Below are positions 7,485 to 19,110 of a stretch of DNA of 32,000 nt, one piece after another. The notes beneath the pieces are model-generated. The model made no database searches, had not been told where the DNA came from, and saw only the letters and a list, made by a program, of their open reading frames with translations. How positions within the stretch are numbered: position 1 is the first letter of the stretch; each line of letters starts with the position of its first letter. Made by a program: the position numbers and the translations under genes. Origin of the DNA: Opitutales bacterium (GTDB lineage: Bacteria; Verrucomicrobiota; Verrucomicrobiia; Opitutales; PNEW01); contig CBDCNV010000002.1 of the NCBI GenBank assembly GCA_965219535.1, positions 2,190,001-2,222,000 of the forward strand, given 5' to 3'.

Positions 7485-8549
7485 TTATTCCTTATCGTAA
7501 TATTCTCTTTTGAATTTTGTTGTTTCTTTTTCAAAAAATCCGTCTTCACCCTTAATAATAAATAGAGCGGCTTTGCTCTCTCTTTCAGCTAGTTGGTATC
7601 CTTCCTCAGGGCCAAGAACAATAAGGGCCGTAGCCAAAGCGTCTGCCCGCATACAGGAGGAGTCAAGCACCGTAACTGAAGCGAGGCGATGCTGGATGGG
7701 ATAACCTGTTCTAGGATTAATTTCATGTGAGTATCGTTTACTATCTTTTTCAAAATAATTTCTATAATCACCAGAAGTGGCAATAGCCCGGTCATTAAGG
7801 TCAATGACCTTATGAATCTCCTTTTTATCTACGATAGGGCTTTCGATAGCAATTCTCCAGGGTGAATTATCTTTTTTTCTACCCCTGGTCTTCATTTCTC
7901 CTCCTATATCGACAATATAGTTCATAATTCCCTGAGTTTCCAGAAGATTTGCAATTGAATCTACAGCAAATCCTTTAGCTATCCCAGATAAATCAACATA
8001 CAGATCAGCGCGATCTTTCTTAAGCGCAGGGGGGGAGAGGCGTGATTTCAAGTGATGGGAACCTACTTTCTTCAAGGATTCATTTATCTTTTCCGCGCTG
8101 GGGATTTCTTCCTTTCCACCTGGAGGGCCAAACCCCCATAAGTTAACCAGGGGGCCAACCGTGATATCGAACGCGCCTTCAGTTAACTGGTGAATCTCAA
8201 TCCCTTCTGCGACAACCATTGCCGTTTCAAATGAAACAGGAAACCAATCGGTCATAGTGTAGTCATTAAAAAGCGACAGTTCAGAGTCCGAAATATAGGT
8301 GGACATTTGGGCATTGATCTCAATAAGGAGTTTATCGATCTCAGTCTTTAATTTCTCTGCCTCAAGGGAGGAGGAGGGAGAGGCGATGGTAACTCGATAA
8401 TAAGTCCCCATCGTAGAACCCGATAGGGTAAGCGGACGATCATCAGTCGCATTCGATGAAGGTTTACTACAGTGAAAGAGGATTAAGCTAGAGAAAACTA
8501 ATATCCCAATCACAAAAAAGGATTTTTTATTAGCTATGATAAAACCCAT
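7485..8549 (-). CDS. apbE: FAD:protein FMN transferase (ApbE family), lipoprotein-like N-terminus
   Basis: This 354-aa ORF has the ApbE motifs GIAKGFAVD and TSGDYRNYF. It has a hydrophobic leader ending ..ILFHC. It is located between nqrF and nqrM. Confidence 0.9.
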   Translation of the reverse strand: MGFIIANKKSFFVIGILVFSSLILFHCSKPSSNATDDRPLTLSGSTMGTYYRVTIASPSSSLEAEKLKTEIDKLLIEINAQMSTYISDSELSLFNDYTMTDWFPVSFETAMVVAEGIEIHQLTEGAFDITVGPLVNLWGFGPPGGKEEIPSAEKINESLKKVGSHHLKSRLSPPALKKDRADLYVDLSGIAKGFAVDSIANLLETQGIMNYIVDIGGEMKTRGRKKDNSPWRIAIESPIVDKKEIHKVIDLNDRAIATSGDYRNYFEKDSKRYSHEINPRTGYPIQHRLASVTVLDSSCMRADALATALIVLGPEEGYQLAERESKAALFIIKGEDGFFEKETTKFKREYYDKE

Positions 8550-8640
8550 CCGTCGAAAGAAAGTTCCCGGTCACTTTTTATTATATACAATATAATGGAT
8601 ATACGCCGAGTTGGGCCATCGGCTCAAATCCTGTAAAGAA

Positions 8641-9879
8641 CTAACCACCAAAGTCATCGAAGAGGATATTTTCCTCTTCAACTCCGAGGTCAAAGAGCAT
8701 ATTTATGACCGCAGAATTCATCATGGGTGGCCCGCAGATATAAAATTCGCAATCTTCGGGTGCGGGGTGATCTTTAAGGTAATTATCGTAGAGTACCTGG
8801 TGAATGAATCCCGTATAACCTTCCCAATTATCTTCAGGTAAGGGTTCAGATAAAGCAACGTGCCAGGTAAAATTATCGTGTTTTTGCTGGAGCATGTCGT
8901 AGTCCTCAACGTAAAACATTTCCCGCAAACTTCGAGCCCCATACCAGAAGGTAATTTTTCTATTTGAATGTAATCGAGCGAGTTGATCAAAGATATGGGA
9001 GCGCATCGGAGCCATCCCTGCTCCACCACCAACAAATATCATTTCAGCGTCCGTCTCCTTGGCAAAGAATTCACCAAAGGGTCCGGATATCGTGACTTCA
9101 TCTCCGGGTTTAAGATTGTATATATAAGAAGACATCATACCCGGAGGAATTCCCTCGGGTGCACGGGGGGGAGGGGTGGCGATCCGAACATTGAGCATAA
9201 TAATTCCTTTTTCTTCCGGAAAATTAGCCATCGAATAGGCTCTAAACACTTCTTCATCGACTTTTGAAGTAAAGCGCCAAATATTGTGCTGATCCCAGTC
9301 CGGCCTGTATTGTTCGTCGATTACGAAGTCTTTGAAATCTACGACATGGGGTGGACACTCGATCTGGATAAAACCACCTGCGCGAAAATCAACATTTTCT
9401 CCTGCTGGAAGCTCAAGTATAAGTTCCTTAATAAAGGTGGCGACATCATCGTTGGAGCGAACTTTGCATTTCCACTTTTTGACTTCAAATACTTCAGCCG
9501 GGACCTCAATTTTCATATCCTGCTTTACTGCTACCTGGCAGGATAGCCGCATACCTTCGCGCGCATCTTTTTTGGTAATTTGTGAAAGCTCTGTAGAAAG
9601 GATGTCACCCCCACCTTCCATAATTTTTACCGTGCACTGACCACAGGTTCCACCGCCCCCGCAGGCAGAGGAGACAAATATTTTTTCTGTCGCAAGGGCG
9701 TTAAGTAGTTTCCCACCGGCGGGAACGGTGATTGCTTTGTCCGGATCGTCGTTAATGAGAATACTTATATTACCGGCTTGGACGAGCCTCGCCTTGGCCA
9801 TAAGGATGAACACGACTAGAAAAAGGACGACGACAGTAAACATCGTAACGCCTAAAAGGATTTGAAAAATTTCAGACAC
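8641..9879 (-). CDS. nqrF: Na+-translocating NADH:quinone oxidoreductase subunit F
   Basis: The 412-aa product has an N-terminal transmembrane helix, the 2Fe-2S motif [10 protein letters not shown] and the FAD-binding motif RAYSMAN. It has a GTG start. Confidence 0.95.
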   Translation of the reverse strand: MSEIFQILLGVTMFTVVVLFLVVFILMAKARLVQAGNISILINDDPDKAITVPAGGKLLNALATEKIFVSSACGGGGTCGQCTVKIMEGGGDILSTELSQITKKDAREGMRLSCQVAVKQDMKIEVPAEVFEVKKWKCKVRSNDDVATFIKELILELPAGENVDFRAGGFIQIECPPHVVDFKDFVIDEQYRPDWDQHNIWRFTSKVDEEVFRAYSMANFPEEKGIIMLNVRIATPPPRAPEGIPPGMMSSYIYNLKPGDEVTISGPFGEFFAKETDAEMIFVGGGAGMAPMRSHIFDQLARLHSNRKITFWYGARSLREMFYVEDYDMLQQKHDNFTWHVALSEPLPEDNWEGYTGFIHQVLYDNYLKDHPAPEDCEFYICGPPMMNSAVINMLFDLGVEEENILFDDFGG

Positions 9880-9907
9880 TGTTATTTCGATCCTATTTGC
9901 TAATCAT

Positions 9908-10519
9908 CTAAAGTTGAATACCCGAAAAGGCCATAAAGGCCAAAGACATCAGTCCAACTATAATAAAGGTGATTCCCAGTCCTTTGAGTCCATCTGGGAT
10001 ATCACTATATTTCAATTTTTCTCGTATCCCCGCTAAACCAGCGATTGCAATAGCCCAGCCGAATCCAGTGCCAAAACCAAAAACGGCACTTTCGGAAAAG
10101 TTATAGTCTCGCTCTACCATAAATAGAGATCCGCCGAGGATGGCACAATTTACGGTAATGAGCGGGAGAAAAATACCCAGGGCATTGTAGAGGGCAGGGA
10201 CATACTTATCTAATATCATTTCCAGAACTTGTATCATCGCTGCGATAACACCGATGTAGGAAATGAATCCGAGAAAGGATAAATCTACGCCATGAATTCC
10301 GGCCCAAACTAAGGCATCTTCTTTGAGAAGATACTGATAGATTAAATTATTCACGGGAATCGTAATTGTCTGAACGACGATCACTGCGATTCCCAAACCA
10401 ATGGCAGTACTGACTTGCTTGGAGACGGCGAGAAAAGTACACATGCCGAGAAAGAAGGCCAGTGCCATATTTTCGACAAAGACCGAAGTGAGAAAGATAC
10501 TAAGGTAGTTTTCAAGCAT
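9908..10519 (-). CDS. nqrE: Na+-NQR subunit E
   Basis: This is a 203-aa polytopic membrane protein in the conserved nqr gene order between nqrD and nqrF. Confidence 0.9.
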   Translation of the reverse strand: MLENYLSIFLTSVFVENMALAFFLGMCTFLAVSKQVSTAIGLGIAVIVVQTITIPVNNLIYQYLLKEDALVWAGIHGVDLSFLGFISYIGVIAAMIQVLEMILDKYVPALYNALGIFLPLITVNCAILGGSLFMVERDYNFSESAVFGFGTGFGWAIAIAGLAGIREKLKYSDIPDGLKGLGITFIIVGLMSLAFMAFSGIQL

Positions 10520-10524
10520 TGAGA

Positions 10525-11148
10525 TTAAGCTTCTTCAACTTGTTCTTTTTTCCAACATCTCAAAATCCAGATAAAGAGACCAATGATAAAGAATGCGCTG
10601 GGAGGCAGTAGCATCATTCCATTTGAAACATACCAGCCTCCTTCATTAGAGAGGGGTAGGATAATATGTCCGAATAATCGGCCTGAACCAAATAGCTCAC
10701 GAAAGACACCGACTATTATAAGAATCAAACTGTACCCTAATCCATTCCCAATTCCGTCCATGAAACTTAGAAAGACTGACTCTTTCATCGCGAATGCCTC
10801 TGCTCTTCCCATGACGATGCAGTTGGTAATGATTAATCCGACAAAGATTGAGAGTTGTTTGCTGATGTCAAAGGCGTAAGCTTTGAGAATCTGATCAACA
10901 ACGATGACGAGCGAAGCGATAATCGTCATCTGTACGATAATGCGAATACTATTGGGAATATGATTGCGAATAAAGCTGACGCTTGCATTCGATAAGCCCA
11001 AGACACATATCACCGCGATAGACATGACAAATACGGTTTCCAATTTTGTGGTAATTGCCAAAGCGGAGCAAATACCAAGCACTTGAAGACCAATGGGATT
11101 GTTATTAAATAAAGGATCGAGCAGAACTTTTGTCGGTTTACTAGCCAT
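10525..11148 (-). CDS. nqrD: Na+-NQR subunit D
   Basis: This is a 207-aa polytopic membrane protein in the conserved position in the nqr operon. Confidence 0.9.
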   Translation of the reverse strand: MASKPTKVLLDPLFNNNPIGLQVLGICSALAITTKLETVFVMSIAVICVLGLSNASVSFIRNHIPNSIRIIVQMTIIASLVIVVDQILKAYAFDISKQLSIFVGLIITNCIVMGRAEAFAMKESVFLSFMDGIGNGLGYSLILIIVGVFRELFGSGRLFGHIILPLSNEGGWYVSNGMMLLPPSAFFIIGLFIWILRCWKKEQVEEA

Positions 11149-11151
11149 AAT

Positions 11152-11925
11152 TTATCCTTCAAAGTTGCGTATGTTATTTAAAAAAGGACCGAACCCATTT
11201 TCTCCCAGCCAGTATCGCAGAAGATCCCTGACGCCACGAGATGTAATCGTCGCTCCTGATAAACCATCTACCTGGTATTGAAGATCTGTACTGTTGGGGT
11301 TCACTTTTCCTTTAAGGACTTCTATGCGGGTGTTCCAACTTTCGTCAAACGCTTTTTTCCCAACCCACTGGGCTTTCCAGAGCGGGTTATCCACTTCACC
11401 TCCGAGTCCCGGTGTTTCACCATGTTCATAAAAAGCAAAACCATTAATTGTTGTCATATCAGCATCGAGTGCGAGAAAACCATAGAGCGTAGACCAGAGC
11501 CCCTTACCATGGACGGGGAGAATCAGTTGTTGTAAATCTCCATTTTCATTAGAGGCGATATAAACTAAAGCATATTTAGACCGTCTCTTATTCCCGCCCA
11601 AATCATGATCTTTGGCAATAGCAATACCATATTCATCGCTTTTGGCTGCCTTCCTTTGATCAAAGGTTGCCGCATCAAACGCGTCGCTATATTCACCGGT
11701 GGAAAGATCAACGACGCGCGTGTCGAATTTTGCAAAAAGTTCTTCAATTGATTTCCCTTCTTCCAAGAGACCAGCCGCCATAAGGATGTTCTTTTTCCGG
11801 TCTAAATCTTTATTTCTTACCTGATTAGATTTTAAAAAGACAGCTGCACTGGAGACAATTACAGAGCAGATAATAGAAAGCAGTCCTGCGACAATCAGTG
11901 TTTTTATAATCGTATCGTTACCCAT
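11152..11925 (-). CDS. nqrC: Na+-NQR subunit C (covalent FMN)
   Basis: It has the FMN-attachment motif LSGATITS and a single N-terminal transmembrane helix. The track ORF begins at 11964. I prefer the ATG at 11925, which overlaps the nqrB stop by 8 nt (ATGGGTAA). Confidence 0.9.
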   Translation of the reverse strand: MGNDTIIKTLIVAGLLSIICSVIVSSAAVFLKSNQVRNKDLDRKKNILMAAGLLEEGKSIEELFAKFDTRVVDLSTGEYSDAFDAATFDQRKAAKSDEYGIAIAKDHDLGGNKRRSKYALVYIASNENGDLQQLILPVHGKGLWSTLYGFLALDADMTTINGFAFYEHGETPGLGGEVDNPLWKAQWVGKKAFDESWNTRIEVLKGKVNPNSTDLQYQVDGLSGATITSRGVRDLLRYWLGENGFGPFLNNIRNFEG

Positions 11926-13125
11926 AACGCAGCTTTCTTTTTTTAAGGTGCGCATTGACGACAAAATAGTCTATGACGGGAGCAAATACATTACCGAAAA
12001 GAATCGAGAGCATCATCCCTTCTGGAAATGCGGGATTAATGACACGAACAAGAATAACAAGGAATCCTATAAGGAGTCCGTAGATCCATTTCCCTGTATC
12101 GGTCATTGAGGCAGAAACGGGATCGGTTGCCATAAAGACTAAGCCGAAGGCAAATCCACCGAGGACTAAATGCCATGCCGGACTCATATCGAACATCGAG
12201 TTCGTCTCGCTCCCAACCGCATAAAGGAGACTGGACGTTGCGAGAGCGCCAATGAGCACAGCCAACATAATGCGCCAGGACCCTACACCGGTAAAAACAA
12301 GTAAGGCGGCGCCAATCAAACAGGCAAGGGTAGAGGTTTCACCCATGGAACCTTGAATCTGTCCGAGAAAGGCCTGGTTCCAAGTTACGGTTGTGGTGAG
12401 ATCACTCATGCTTTCAGCAGCTACCAGCCCGAGGGGAGTAGCTCCACTGAAACCATCAACGGCAGTCCAGACAAAATCTCCAGACATTTGCGCCGGGTAT
12501 GCGAAAAAGACGAACGCGCGTGCAGTGAGCGCGGGGTTGAGGAAATTCTTTCCGGTACCACCGAAGATTTCTTTTCCAATGACCACTCCGAAGGAAATAC
12601 CGATTGCTACCTGCCATAAGGGAATAGTGGGGGGAAGAGTAAGAGGGAAAAGCAGGCCGGTGACAAGGAAACCTTCATTAACTTCGTGTTTTCTTATACT
12701 CGCAAAAAGCACCTCCCATAATCCACCTGTAATATTGCAAACAAGAAAAACGGGGATGAAGTAAAGGGCTCCATGAATGAGATTCGAAAATATATTCTCG
12801 TGATCATAAGCCAGACCCAGTAACTCCATGACCTGGCCACGCCACCCTGGCGCGGTTACCACACCCATCTCGGCCATCGCAGCATTAGCTTGAAACCCGG
12901 TGTTATACAGTGCCATCACGATACAGGGGGCGAGTGCGATCGCAACGGTGATCATCATGCGCTTTAGATCCATCCCGTCACGGACGTGAGTCATCCCTTT
13001 GTTTACGTGTCCGGGAGAGTAAAGAAATGTATCAATAGCTTCGTAAAGGGGGAAGAGCTTTTCTAATTTACCCCCCTTCGCAAAGTAAGGGTGCAGACTA
13101 TCGAGAGATTTTCGTAAAAACTTCA

Positions 13126-13126
<1 letters not shown>
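11918..13126 (-). CDS. nqrB: Na+-NQR subunit B (covalent FMN)
   Basis: This 402-aa polytopic membrane protein has the SGATPLG motif. Its ATG overlaps the nqrA stop (TAATG). Confidence 0.95.
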
Positions 13127-14478
<1,352 letters not shown>

Positions 14479-14740
14479 TTATCCTTATTATTTATATTTT
14501 CAGGTTTATAGCTGAATTACTTATTCAATTCCAGGGCCGTTGCCTCTACGGTGGTCGAATTCAAGGGTATTACTGATAGATAGGAAATTAAAAGCGTGAA
14601 TTTATATTTTCTAATACTAAATGCAAGCAAGTTGCCAAAAAATTCATGAAGAGGAGTTACCTATAAGTAAAAACGAAAACTTCGATCAGAATAACTTTAA
14701 CTACACAACAGCTATAAAGGTATAAATCTCTTCGTCTGAA

Positions 14741-15013
14741 TTGTCATTGCGAGGGAGGCTATCAGCTGACCGCGGCTACCGAGTCCCGCAACTACGGGAC
14801 GACATCTTCCATTCTAGGCGAATAGTCATTGTGCTTACTCTTACCAGTCACATGGTAAATCTTTCCAATGAAGGTTCGACTTTTAATCAAAACATTACTC
14901 ATCTGAGGATTAACCTTAACATCTGCGGGTCTACATAACGAAACAGACATCCCCCCGAGTGGAAGATGTCGCTGCGCTCGGTAGCTTCGTCGCTTTACTC
15001 CTCGCAATGACAA
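14741..15013 (-). repeat. Miniature copy (273 bp) of the GIY-YIG element, opposite orientation
   Basis: The termini are AATTGTCATTGCGAGG and CCTCGCAATGACAATT. Both arms carry GCTACCGAG...CGACATCTTCCA. The interior is collinear with copies 4585-4835 and 31538-31776 when reverse-complemented. One arm carries a 16-nt hairpin, TCCCGCAACTACGGGA (14784-14799). Confidence 0.85.
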
Positions 15014-15067
15014 TTGTGACGATGACTATGATAACCGTGATCCACCCTTTTTATATTTTCTCTGGAG

Positions 15068-15087
15068 GGCCACGCTCCGTCGTGGCC
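15068..15087. repeat. GC-rich hairpin GGCCACG-CTCCGT-CGTGGCC
   Basis: A 7-bp perfect stem with a 6-nt loop sits inside AT-rich intergenic DNA. The alternative pairing CTCCGT/ACGGAG overlaps it. Confidence 0.5.
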
Positions 15088-15125
15088 ACGGAGAAGCACG
15101 AAATATAATTTTAAAGTTATTCAGA

Positions 15126-15337
15126 GACGAAGACGAAGAGTGATTCGATTTATCTCTAATTTAAATCTTTTAATGCAAGGTGGAGCGGGCTGTCCCTAGC
15201 ACGCTTCTTCTATTACGACTAAATCAAACGCGCTAGGGATCAGCCGTCGCCAAGGCTATGTCGGACAGACACCGCGTTCCACCCTGATATTGTATTAATT
15301 AACTGACGAAGACACAGACGTGGACGAAGACGAAGAT
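15126..15337. repeat. Composite intergenic repeat: GACGAAGACGAAGA direct repeats flanking a long imperfect inverted repeat
   Basis: GACGAAGACGAAGA occurs at 15126-15139 and 15323-15336, and GACGAAGAC at 15305-15313. Between them, GGTGGAGCGGGCTGTCCCTAGC (15180-15201) is partly complementary to GCGCTAGGGATCAGCCGTCGCC...GGACAGACACCGCGTTCCACC (15231-15284). Confidence 0.5.
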
Positions 15338-15358
15338 TATTATTATCCATCCCTTATA

Positions 15359-16645
15359 TCAATAAACACCCTTTGCTTTTTTAATAGCTTCTGTCGTTAA
15401 ATCCGGTTCCCAGGGCCACAGACAATAGCCGTCAAATCCATTATCCCTGAAAGCTTGAAGTTTTTCCCCAAGGCTTTTCAAGTCATGATTATATATCCAG
15501 GCATAGGGATACATGGGGAGTTTCCCTTTCAGTTTTTGGAGATGTTTCATCTGACGGTTGACAGTAGAGAGGTTAAAGGTATCTGAATAAAACATATCTT
15601 CATCTTTGGGGTCGCATGATTGATAGACTTCTGGTCCCGGACCGAGATCCGTGAGTTCATGAATTACTTTTCTTAACTTTATGGTGTCCCCTCGCTTGGA
15701 GGCATCAGTTATTTCGTCGGCAACAAGGGGTATGATGGAACCCGTGAGGTATTCGGGAAACTTGGGAGCTACCCAGTCGTAAAGCGAATAAAGTTTGTCG
15801 TAATCCGTGCCGAACGACTTCGACAATGAGGGTAGATAAAACTCCAACCCGATCTTAAGATCAGGCAGGTGATCTTCTGCAGCTGCCCGGCATGCTTTAG
15901 TTACTTTTTCAATGAACTGTGTTAATGCATTCATGCGAAAAGTAATCCATAGTTTCAAATAGGGTCTTTCCGTGATAAAATTTAAAATACCAGTGGATGT
16001 ATAATCGAATGGTTGGCTGGAGCCATTGCCAGTTGAAGTCAGACTCTGATATAATGTCCCCACTTCTTGTTTCATTTTATCAAAGTCGATGCCTTCAGCT
16101 TCTGCTTTATCTCGACAGTGGTCACAGAAACATACGAAGAGGTCCTTGAGCCCATTGCGCGGCCACACCGGATATTCGACATGATTCAAATGTACGCTAT
16201 CAAGCGATGACCATGAAGCTACGGTTTCACGCATCATCGTCTCGCCCCATTGCAGGACAGCGGGATTATTTGGACAACCATGCATTATCATGGAATTCGA
16301 CTCTCTGTTACTTTTGGTAACATCAACCATTCTGAGTTTACTGAGGTCCGGGCTTAAGGGATGAAGGGGGCAAATATTACAAGTGACATGGAACCCTTTT
16401 TCTTTTGCCAGACTGAGAAAACGCATTATCGACGCATAGTCTTCGGGCGAGACCTTCTGAAAGCCCGTGCCTTCAGATGCATTGACGGAGGGAAGGATTA
16501 ATGGGGAGCCTTTTTGTCCCCATTTCCAGTAGTTATTACTAAGGATGAGAGTATTAATAGCGGTCCACGAATTGAGATCGTCGAGGACGCGCTCCGGCTC
16601 TTTTAGAGCGACCGGCCAATGCATGAACAAAGCTTTTACCGACAT
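15359..16645 (-). CDS. Hypothetical protein (428 aa); possibly a glycoside-hydrolase-like TIM-barrel protein
   Basis: It is a long ORF in an operon-like arrangement with the next two genes. The only cue I recognise is a CFCDHCRDKA segment reminiscent of GHL10-type proteins, so the function call is weak. Confidence 0.6.
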   Translation of the reverse strand: MSVKALFMHWPVALKEPERVLDDLNSWTAINTLILSNNYWKWGQKGSPLILPSVNASEGTGFQKVSPEDYASIMRFLSLAKEKGFHVTCNICPLHPLSPDLSKLRMVDVTKSNRESNSMIMHGCPNNPAVLQWGETMMRETVASWSSLDSVHLNHVEYPVWPRNGLKDLFVCFCDHCRDKAEAEGIDFDKMKQEVGTLYQSLTSTGNGSSQPFDYTSTGILNFITERPYLKLWITFRMNALTQFIEKVTKACRAAAEDHLPDLKIGLEFYLPSLSKSFGTDYDKLYSLYDWVAPKFPEYLTGSIIPLVADEITDASKRGDTIKLRKVIHELTDLGPGPEVYQSCDPKDEDMFYSDTFNLSTVNRQMKHLQKLKGKLPMYPYAWIYNHDLKSLGEKLQAFRDNGFDGYCLWPWEPDLTTEAIKKAKGVY

Positions 16646-16689
16646 GACCGCATTATTTTTCTGAACAACCTCTATCGCGGTTGAATTAA

Positions 16690-17883
16690 TTAAATATCTT
16701 CACTGATTTTCTCTTTGGGTACTTCAGTGAAACTAAATCGTTCATCCGCTGCCCGGCATGGTGTCTCGGGTAAACCGAGTTCGCGTTTTACGGTATTCGC
16801 TCCCATCACCGTTGAGACACATTTATAAAATGCGATTCTTCGGGAAATACCTTCGCGACCAAAACCGCAATCAGAGGAGAGAATCAATCGCTCGGGAGGA
16901 ATGTATTCCAAAGCTTTTCGGATGAGATCGGCTACCAGATCTGGGGGTTCAACGACGGTATTAGTATGATTAACGACACCGATCCCAATCTTTTTGGGTG
17001 TATCATGCTTTGCGATATGTTCGAGATCTTTCCCAAAAGTACTGGCACACTCAAAAGTAATAACATCTGCATTCATGTTATAAAAATGCGGTATCGCATT
17101 TTCGTAAGATGGCGGCACCCAGGAACCACGCTGCTGATTAGGATTTCCCCAACAGGTATGGACCCATATCTCGGCATCCAGTCCTTCAACTTCACGATTG
17201 AAAGCCTCGGTAAAGAATTCCAAATCTTTATCTTTAATATTATCCCTCAGGGCGAGGAAATGATGCATCGGTTCTTCAACTTGAATGAGCGTGCAACCGG
17301 ATGCCACCATCGCCTTGTACTCTTCATTCATTATCGCGCTGAGTTCCATGATGAGTTCCCTGTCAGACGGGTAAAATTTATTCCAGATCATCGCATTAAG
17401 ACTCTGGGCACAGACAGCACCAAATTTAACTGGTTTATGCGTCAATTTCTGGGCGGTTTTCCAAATAGCATCATAGTGGAGAGGACCGCGGGTTACCTTA
17501 TCTACGAGGTAAGGCGCCTGATAAGCTTCCTGTACCTCCCACATGATTCGGCCGGGTGCGATTCCGTGGCTGGACATGAATCCTTTTGCCAAATCGGAGA
17601 AGCCACTAAAACCGCCCAATCGTTCAAGGACATAGAAGAACCAGGATTTCCCACCCACCTGGAGATCAAAGCGAGTGTCCCCATCAGTCAGAATATCCAG
17701 ACCTGCTGTATCCTGATCGGTTAAGATTGTAGCGACAGCATCGAGGTACTGTTCACGATAGAGGCTGTCACCCATCGCCTCTTTGAAAGTGCGTCCACGT
17801 AAAGACTGGTTAAACCAGTTCGGTTTAGGATAAGAACCGGTCGTAGTAGTGGGAAGGACAATGTCCTGAGTCACTTTAATCAT
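16690..17883 (-). CDS. Cobalamin-independent methionine synthase (MetE C-terminal domain)-like methyltransferase family protein
   Basis: It has GSYPKPNWF, LDILTDGDTRFD, IQVEEPMHH, WVHTCWGN and SSDCGFG segments typical of COG0620-type enzymes. The track ORF starts at a TTG (17913). I prefer the ATG at 17883 (MIKVTQD..). Confidence 0.8.
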   Translation of the reverse strand: MIKVTQDIVLPTTTTGSYPKPNWFNQSLRGRTFKEAMGDSLYREQYLDAVATILTDQDTAGLDILTDGDTRFDLQVGGKSWFFYVLERLGGFSGFSDLAKGFMSSHGIAPGRIMWEVQEAYQAPYLVDKVTRGPLHYDAIWKTAQKLTHKPVKFGAVCAQSLNAMIWNKFYPSDRELIMELSAIMNEEYKAMVASGCTLIQVEEPMHHFLALRDNIKDKDLEFFTEAFNREVEGLDAEIWVHTCWGNPNQQRGSWVPPSYENAIPHFYNMNADVITFECASTFGKDLEHIAKHDTPKKIGIGVVNHTNTVVEPPDLVADLIRKALEYIPPERLILSSDCGFGREGISRRIAFYKCVSTVMGANTVKRELGLPETPCRAADERFSFTEVPKEKISEDI

Positions 17884-17956
17884 TACAGTTACTTTTACCA
17901 AGCGACCACTCAAGGGTCTGAATCAATATTACCCTAAATCAAAGCCGGGGTATTGA

Positions 17957-18835
17957 TTATTCAAGGAAAAAGGGTTGGGTCCATGCATTTCTCTCTCCCT
18001 CACCCCAACACTCAAACCGCAGATAACGGGTGAATTCGGATACATCCACTTTAATCGAACCGCTATCACTCCAGGCTACGCGTTGTCCATTTAGAGTTAT
18101 TCCCACGATTCTGCTGGCATTTTCACATTCGATGACAATTTCGGTTCCTTCCACTTGTATGGTATTAATGACAACGCCGGTAGAACAATAAAAGCGACCA
18201 TTTTGCAATGAACCCAAAATGTTTTCCGGGCTGGATGAATCGACATAAACGACATTCCATCCTACGCCGACATCAACATTTCCCGGCATGAAATGAGCAT
18301 CATCATGGGCATATCCCCATAGGTGACGTCCTTCCGAGAGGAGCATGTCCCATTTGTTTGTAGCGTAAGGGCTGCCAGTGCATCTCCCTACCGTTGCGTT
18401 AAAAATTTCAAGGCCCACATAATCCGTCCATTGCTGCAAAAGTTCGAGTGGACAAAAATTAAAATTATAATCCAGGTTCGGATGGGCAACGACGACGAAA
18501 CCCTGGGTAGATTTTGCTTCATCGAAGACTAACTGTCGGTCGGCATGTGGTTCAATTCGGCGGTCACCATTTACATGCACTAAATGCGGGCCATCCTTTG
18601 AAATTTCATTTCCAGGTAGGAGCACGAGACCTTTATTGTCGATCTTTTCGTAGGTTTCATGTCCGGTGAAAATATCATGATCGGATATTGAGAGAAACTG
18701 GTAACCGAGATTAGCGTAAGTATTAATTACCTCCTGCATCTCGCAGGTGCCATCACTGTTGGTTGTGTGGGTGTGCAAATTTCCTCGAATCCAAGTGCCC
18801 CCTTTTAATTTTTCATAGGGATGTGTTATCTGCAT
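17957..18835 (-). CDS. PHP-domain metal-dependent phosphoesterase family protein
   Basis: This 292-aa ORF has PHP motifs HTHTTNSDG, SISDHD, VAHPN and AHDDAH. Confidence 0.8.
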   Translation of the reverse strand: MQITHPYEKLKGGTWIRGNLHTHTTNSDGTCEMQEVINTYANLGYQFLSISDHDIFTGHETYEKIDNKGLVLLPGNEISKDGPHLVHVNGDRRIEPHADRQLVFDEAKSTQGFVVVAHPNLDYNFNFCPLELLQQWTDYVGLEIFNATVGRCTGSPYATNKWDMLLSEGRHLWGYAHDDAHFMPGNVDVGVGWNVVYVDSSSPENILGSLQNGRFYCSTGVVINTIQVEGTEIVIECENASRIVGITLNGQRVAWSDSGSIKVDVSEFTRYLRFECWGEGERNAWTQPFFLE

Positions 18836-18896
18836 AATAGGTAATTTTCGATATTAATATAACTCAATTAATCGCTTTTAAGCCCAGTTTGTTTAT

Positions 18897-18999
18897 AGAT
18901 AAGAAGTCATCGTTGTAGTGGGAAGCATCATCTCACGGGTTATTTTTATTTTCTCTAACCCTAATGCCAAAAGGAATACAATGATTATTCAAGGAAAAA
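18897..18999 (-). pseudogene. Relic copy of the PHP-3'end / MetE-like-5'end junction
   Basis: There is an 18-nt exact match, TGATTATTCAAGGAAAAA, at 17954-17971 and 18982-18999. GTAGTGGGAAG and GATAAGAA blocks match collinearly. The relic translates as ..EMMLPTTTMTSYL* compared with ..DIVLPTTTTGSYPK in the MetE-like gene. Confidence 0.55.
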
Positions 19000-19110
19000 C
19001 TAATGCGAGGAACAATCGACATTCGCATATCGCCAATCGTAAATTGCATTGATCCCCATTGACTTAAAAATTTAACAGCCACATAAATTAACGCAGAGGT
19101 ATTAGTTAAG

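Noticed and set aside
14860-14885. A T-loop-like GGTTCGA motif occurs in the interior of the miniature copies, hinting at a tRNA or tRNA-derived element.
   Set aside because: The flanking bases cannot form a T-stem, and no acceptor or anticodon arms are apparent. The motif is explained as the reverse complement of the relic codons for ..ENP.W.. of the GIY-YIG gene.
14741-15013. Short ORFs lie across the repeat arms here and at 1050-1347, 4778-5182, 24573-24800 and 31604-31856. They encode recurring peptides such as ATERSDIFHSR and PGMEDVAALGS.
   Set aside because: The recurrence comes from the DNA repeat itself. Frames differ between copies, are broken by stops, and are disrupted by the 16-nt and 26-nt indels in the arms. 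I treat them as spurious ORFs, not a peptide family.
16966-17724. Long antisense ORFs are present: 252 aa here, 148 aa at 19994-20440, 192 aa at 25807-26385 and 117 aa at 23359-23712.
   Set aside because: Each lies opposite a gene with clear family motifs (MetE-like, SDR, IS1595 transposase, aminotransferase). None has a recognisable motif of its own.
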